Positions 62,368 through 64,000 of a DNA stretch of 64,000 nucleotides are shown in pieces; positions within the stretch are counted from its first letter, which is position 1, and each line of letters opens with the position of its first letter. The translations under genes and the position numbers were made by a program. The notes beneath the pieces were generated by a model, which worked only from the letters and a program-made list of their open reading frames with translations, was not told the origin of the DNA and did no database searches. The DNA lies in NCBI GenBank assembly GCA_028355955.1, contig JAOMTQ010000002.1:2754-66753 (forward strand), in the 5' to 3' direction. Origin of the DNA: Methylophilaceae bacterium (GTDB lineage Bacteria > Pseudomonadota > Gammaproteobacteria > Burkholderiales > Methylophilaceae).

Positions 62368-63054
62368 ATGGGTACAGTCTTTATTACAGGAGCCAATAGA
62401 GGTCTTGGATTAGAATTTGTTAAAGAATTTACAGAAAAAAATTATAAAGTCATTGCGACCTGCAGAGACCTAAATTCATCTAGTGATTTAAGTAACCTTG
62501 CTAAATCACATTTAACAATTCAAATGCATCAGCTAGATGTTAGTAATACAAAAAATATCCAAGACTTGTCGAATCATTTAAAAAATGAGCCAATAGATAT
62601 TTTAATCAATAACGCAGGCATTTATCGTTCTGGAAGTTTTAGCTCAGTTAATAAAGATAGCTGGGTAGAAAGTTTTGTTACAAATACTATTGGCCCTTAT
62701 GAGGTAATTGAAAACTTTTTGCCGAATGTTTTACAGGGTCTCGAAAAAAAAATTGTTTCTATAACTAGCAAGATGGGAAGTATTGATGATAATTCTACTG
62801 GCGGTTCTTACATTTATAGATCAAGTAAAACGGCTTTAAATAGTATGATGAAAAGTCTTACTCAAGACTTAAAAATCCATGATATCTCAACTGTGACACT
62901 GCATCCTGGTTGGGTGAGGACGGATATGGGTGGTCCTGGTGGATGGATTGATGTTAAAGAAAGCGTTTCTGGAATGATTAATCAAATTTCAAATTTATCA
63001 CTACAAAATACAGGGCGATATATTGATTATGCCGGCAAACCAATTAAGTGGTGA
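62368..63054 (+). CDS. Short-chain dehydrogenase/reductase (C-factor/CsgA-like)
   Basis: TGANRGLG, NNAG, YRSSK and HPGWVRTDMGG motifs. Confidence 0.93.
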   Translation: MGTVFITGANRGLGLEFVKEFTEKNYKVIATCRDLNSSSDLSNLAKSHLTIQMHQLDVSNTKNIQDLSNHLKNEPIDILINNAGIYRSGSFSSVNKDSWVESFVTNTIGPYEVIENFLPNVLQGLEKKIVSITSKMGSIDDNSTGGSYIYRSSKTALNSMMKSLTQDLKIHDISTVTLHPGWVRTDMGGPGGWIDVKESVSGMINQISNLSLQNTGRYIDYAGKPIKW

Positions 63055-63676
63055 TCACGAGAAGAATTGTATTGAAGGCACTAAATTCTTATCCTCTCTA
63101 GATCAAGATTGGAATTCATTAGTATCTTCAGTCGGTCCTTGTAAACTTATTTTAAGTATGGAATTGGAACCTTATCAAGCTTTAATTAAGTCTGTGATCT
63201 TTCAACAATTACGACCAGCCTCTGCTTCTGCTATTTTTAACAGATTTACGCAATGCTTTGATGATAATTTCCCAATAGCAAAACAAATTTTAGTTACTCC
63301 TAAAAATAAATTAAAAGAATGTGGGCTTTCGACCAATAAACTTGCAACAATTATTGAAATAGCAAACCAAGAAGAAAATGAAGGATTAGAAAATCGTAAA
63401 GGTTTTGAGATAATGAGCGATATTCAAATAATACAAAAATTAACAAAAATTAAAGGTATTGGAGAGTGGACTGCACAAATGTTAATGATATTTAACTTAG
63501 GAAAACTTGATATATTCCCTGTGGGGGATTTCGCATTAAAAAAAAATTATTCTCTTTTTAAAAATATTTCTTCACCTATTAACATGAAAGATTTATCAAA
63601 AATTTCCGAAGAATGGAAACCCTTTAGATCAATTGCTGCATGGTACCTTTGGAAATATAAGTTAAAATCATGTTAA
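63023..63676 (+). CDS. DNA-3-methyladenine glycosylase II (AlkA/HhH-GPD family)
   Basis: FQQL, LTKIKGIGEWTA HhH, PVGD and WKPFRS motifs; start uncertain. Confidence 0.9.
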   Translation: MIMPANQLSGDHEKNCIEGTKFLSSLDQDWNSLVSSVGPCKLILSMELEPYQALIKSVIFQQLRPASASAIFNRFTQCFDDNFPIAKQILVTPKNKLKECGLSTNKLATIIEIANQEENEGLENRKGFEIMSDIQIIQKLTKIKGIGEWTAQMLMIFNLGKLDIFPVGDFALKKNYSLFKNISSPINMKDLSKISEEWKPFRSIAAWYLWKYKLKSC

Positions 63677-64000
63677 ATGAGTAAACTAATCCCTGAGAAA
63701 ATTATTCGAGATCAAATACAAAAAAATCAAAATATACGAACCTCTATTTTTGAACATGAAGGCCAAATCTATTGGCTAAAACAAAAAGAATCAAATTCCC
63801 TTATTAAGCGCTTTTTAATGAGGAACTCTTCAAAAAACCTTATAAAAGAGAGAATAGTTTTAGAAAAATTATCAAAACAAGGGATTCCAGTTCCTGATGT
63901 TATTAATTTTGGAGAAGATTATTTAGTTTTGTCTGATGTTGGAGATGCCATTATCAATATAATTGAGAGAAGACACTCATATTACTCAAATAGCCATCCA
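63677..64000 (+). CDS. Kinase-like protein (Kdo/WaaP/BUD32-like fold), partial
   Basis: Open frame MSKLIPEK...YWLK...E...L...GIPVPDV...LVLSDVG to window end; resembles a kinase N-lobe. Confidence 0.55.
   Translation, partial: MSKLIPEKIIRDQIQKNQNIRTSIFEHEGQIYWLKQKESNSLIKRFLMRNSSKNLIKERIVLEKLSKQGIPVPDVINFGEDYLVLSDVGDAIINIIERRHSYYSNSHP

Overview
An AT-rich, densely packed core-chromosome segment from a genome-streamlined methylotrophic betaproteobacterium (Methylophilaceae, OM43/Methylopumilus-like; inferred from gene content and synteny). In order it holds: tkt-gap-pgk(partial); rsmE; argA-argB-HAD nucleotidase; the dcw cluster (mraZ to ftsZ) followed by lpxC and cca; RNase P RNA; pyrC/rsmI; a BON protein, trxA, rho, rpmE and an ArnT-like gene; an NAD-dependent Mo-formate dehydrogenase operon (fdsGBACD) divergent from moaA-mobA-mobB-moeA; bcp, PIN-PhoH, lplT and ndh; the lanthanide-dependent methanol dehydrogenase module xoxF-xoxJ-xoxG; pip; several poorly characterised genes; umuDC; HU; a pentapeptide-repeat protein; an SDR; and alkA. 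I saw no tRNA, rRNA, CRISPR array or mobile element. Most notable observations: (1) N-acetylglutamate synthase ArgA carries a fused N-terminal XRE helix-turn-helix and has a palindrome over its own start codon, a candidate arginine-sensing enzyme-repressor; (2) an N-terminally extended UmuD has a UmuDAb-like operator, suggesting LexA-independent autoregulation; (3) the xoxF leader has an attenuator-like architecture with 11-bp promoter repeats; (4) murG and murF may start at ATT codons; (5) a YihY-cNMP fusion; (6) a GAPDH with an NADP-type signature. murF and rsmH are frameshifted at homopolymer runs, probably by sequencing error. All annotation was by eye, with no database searches or folding computations.
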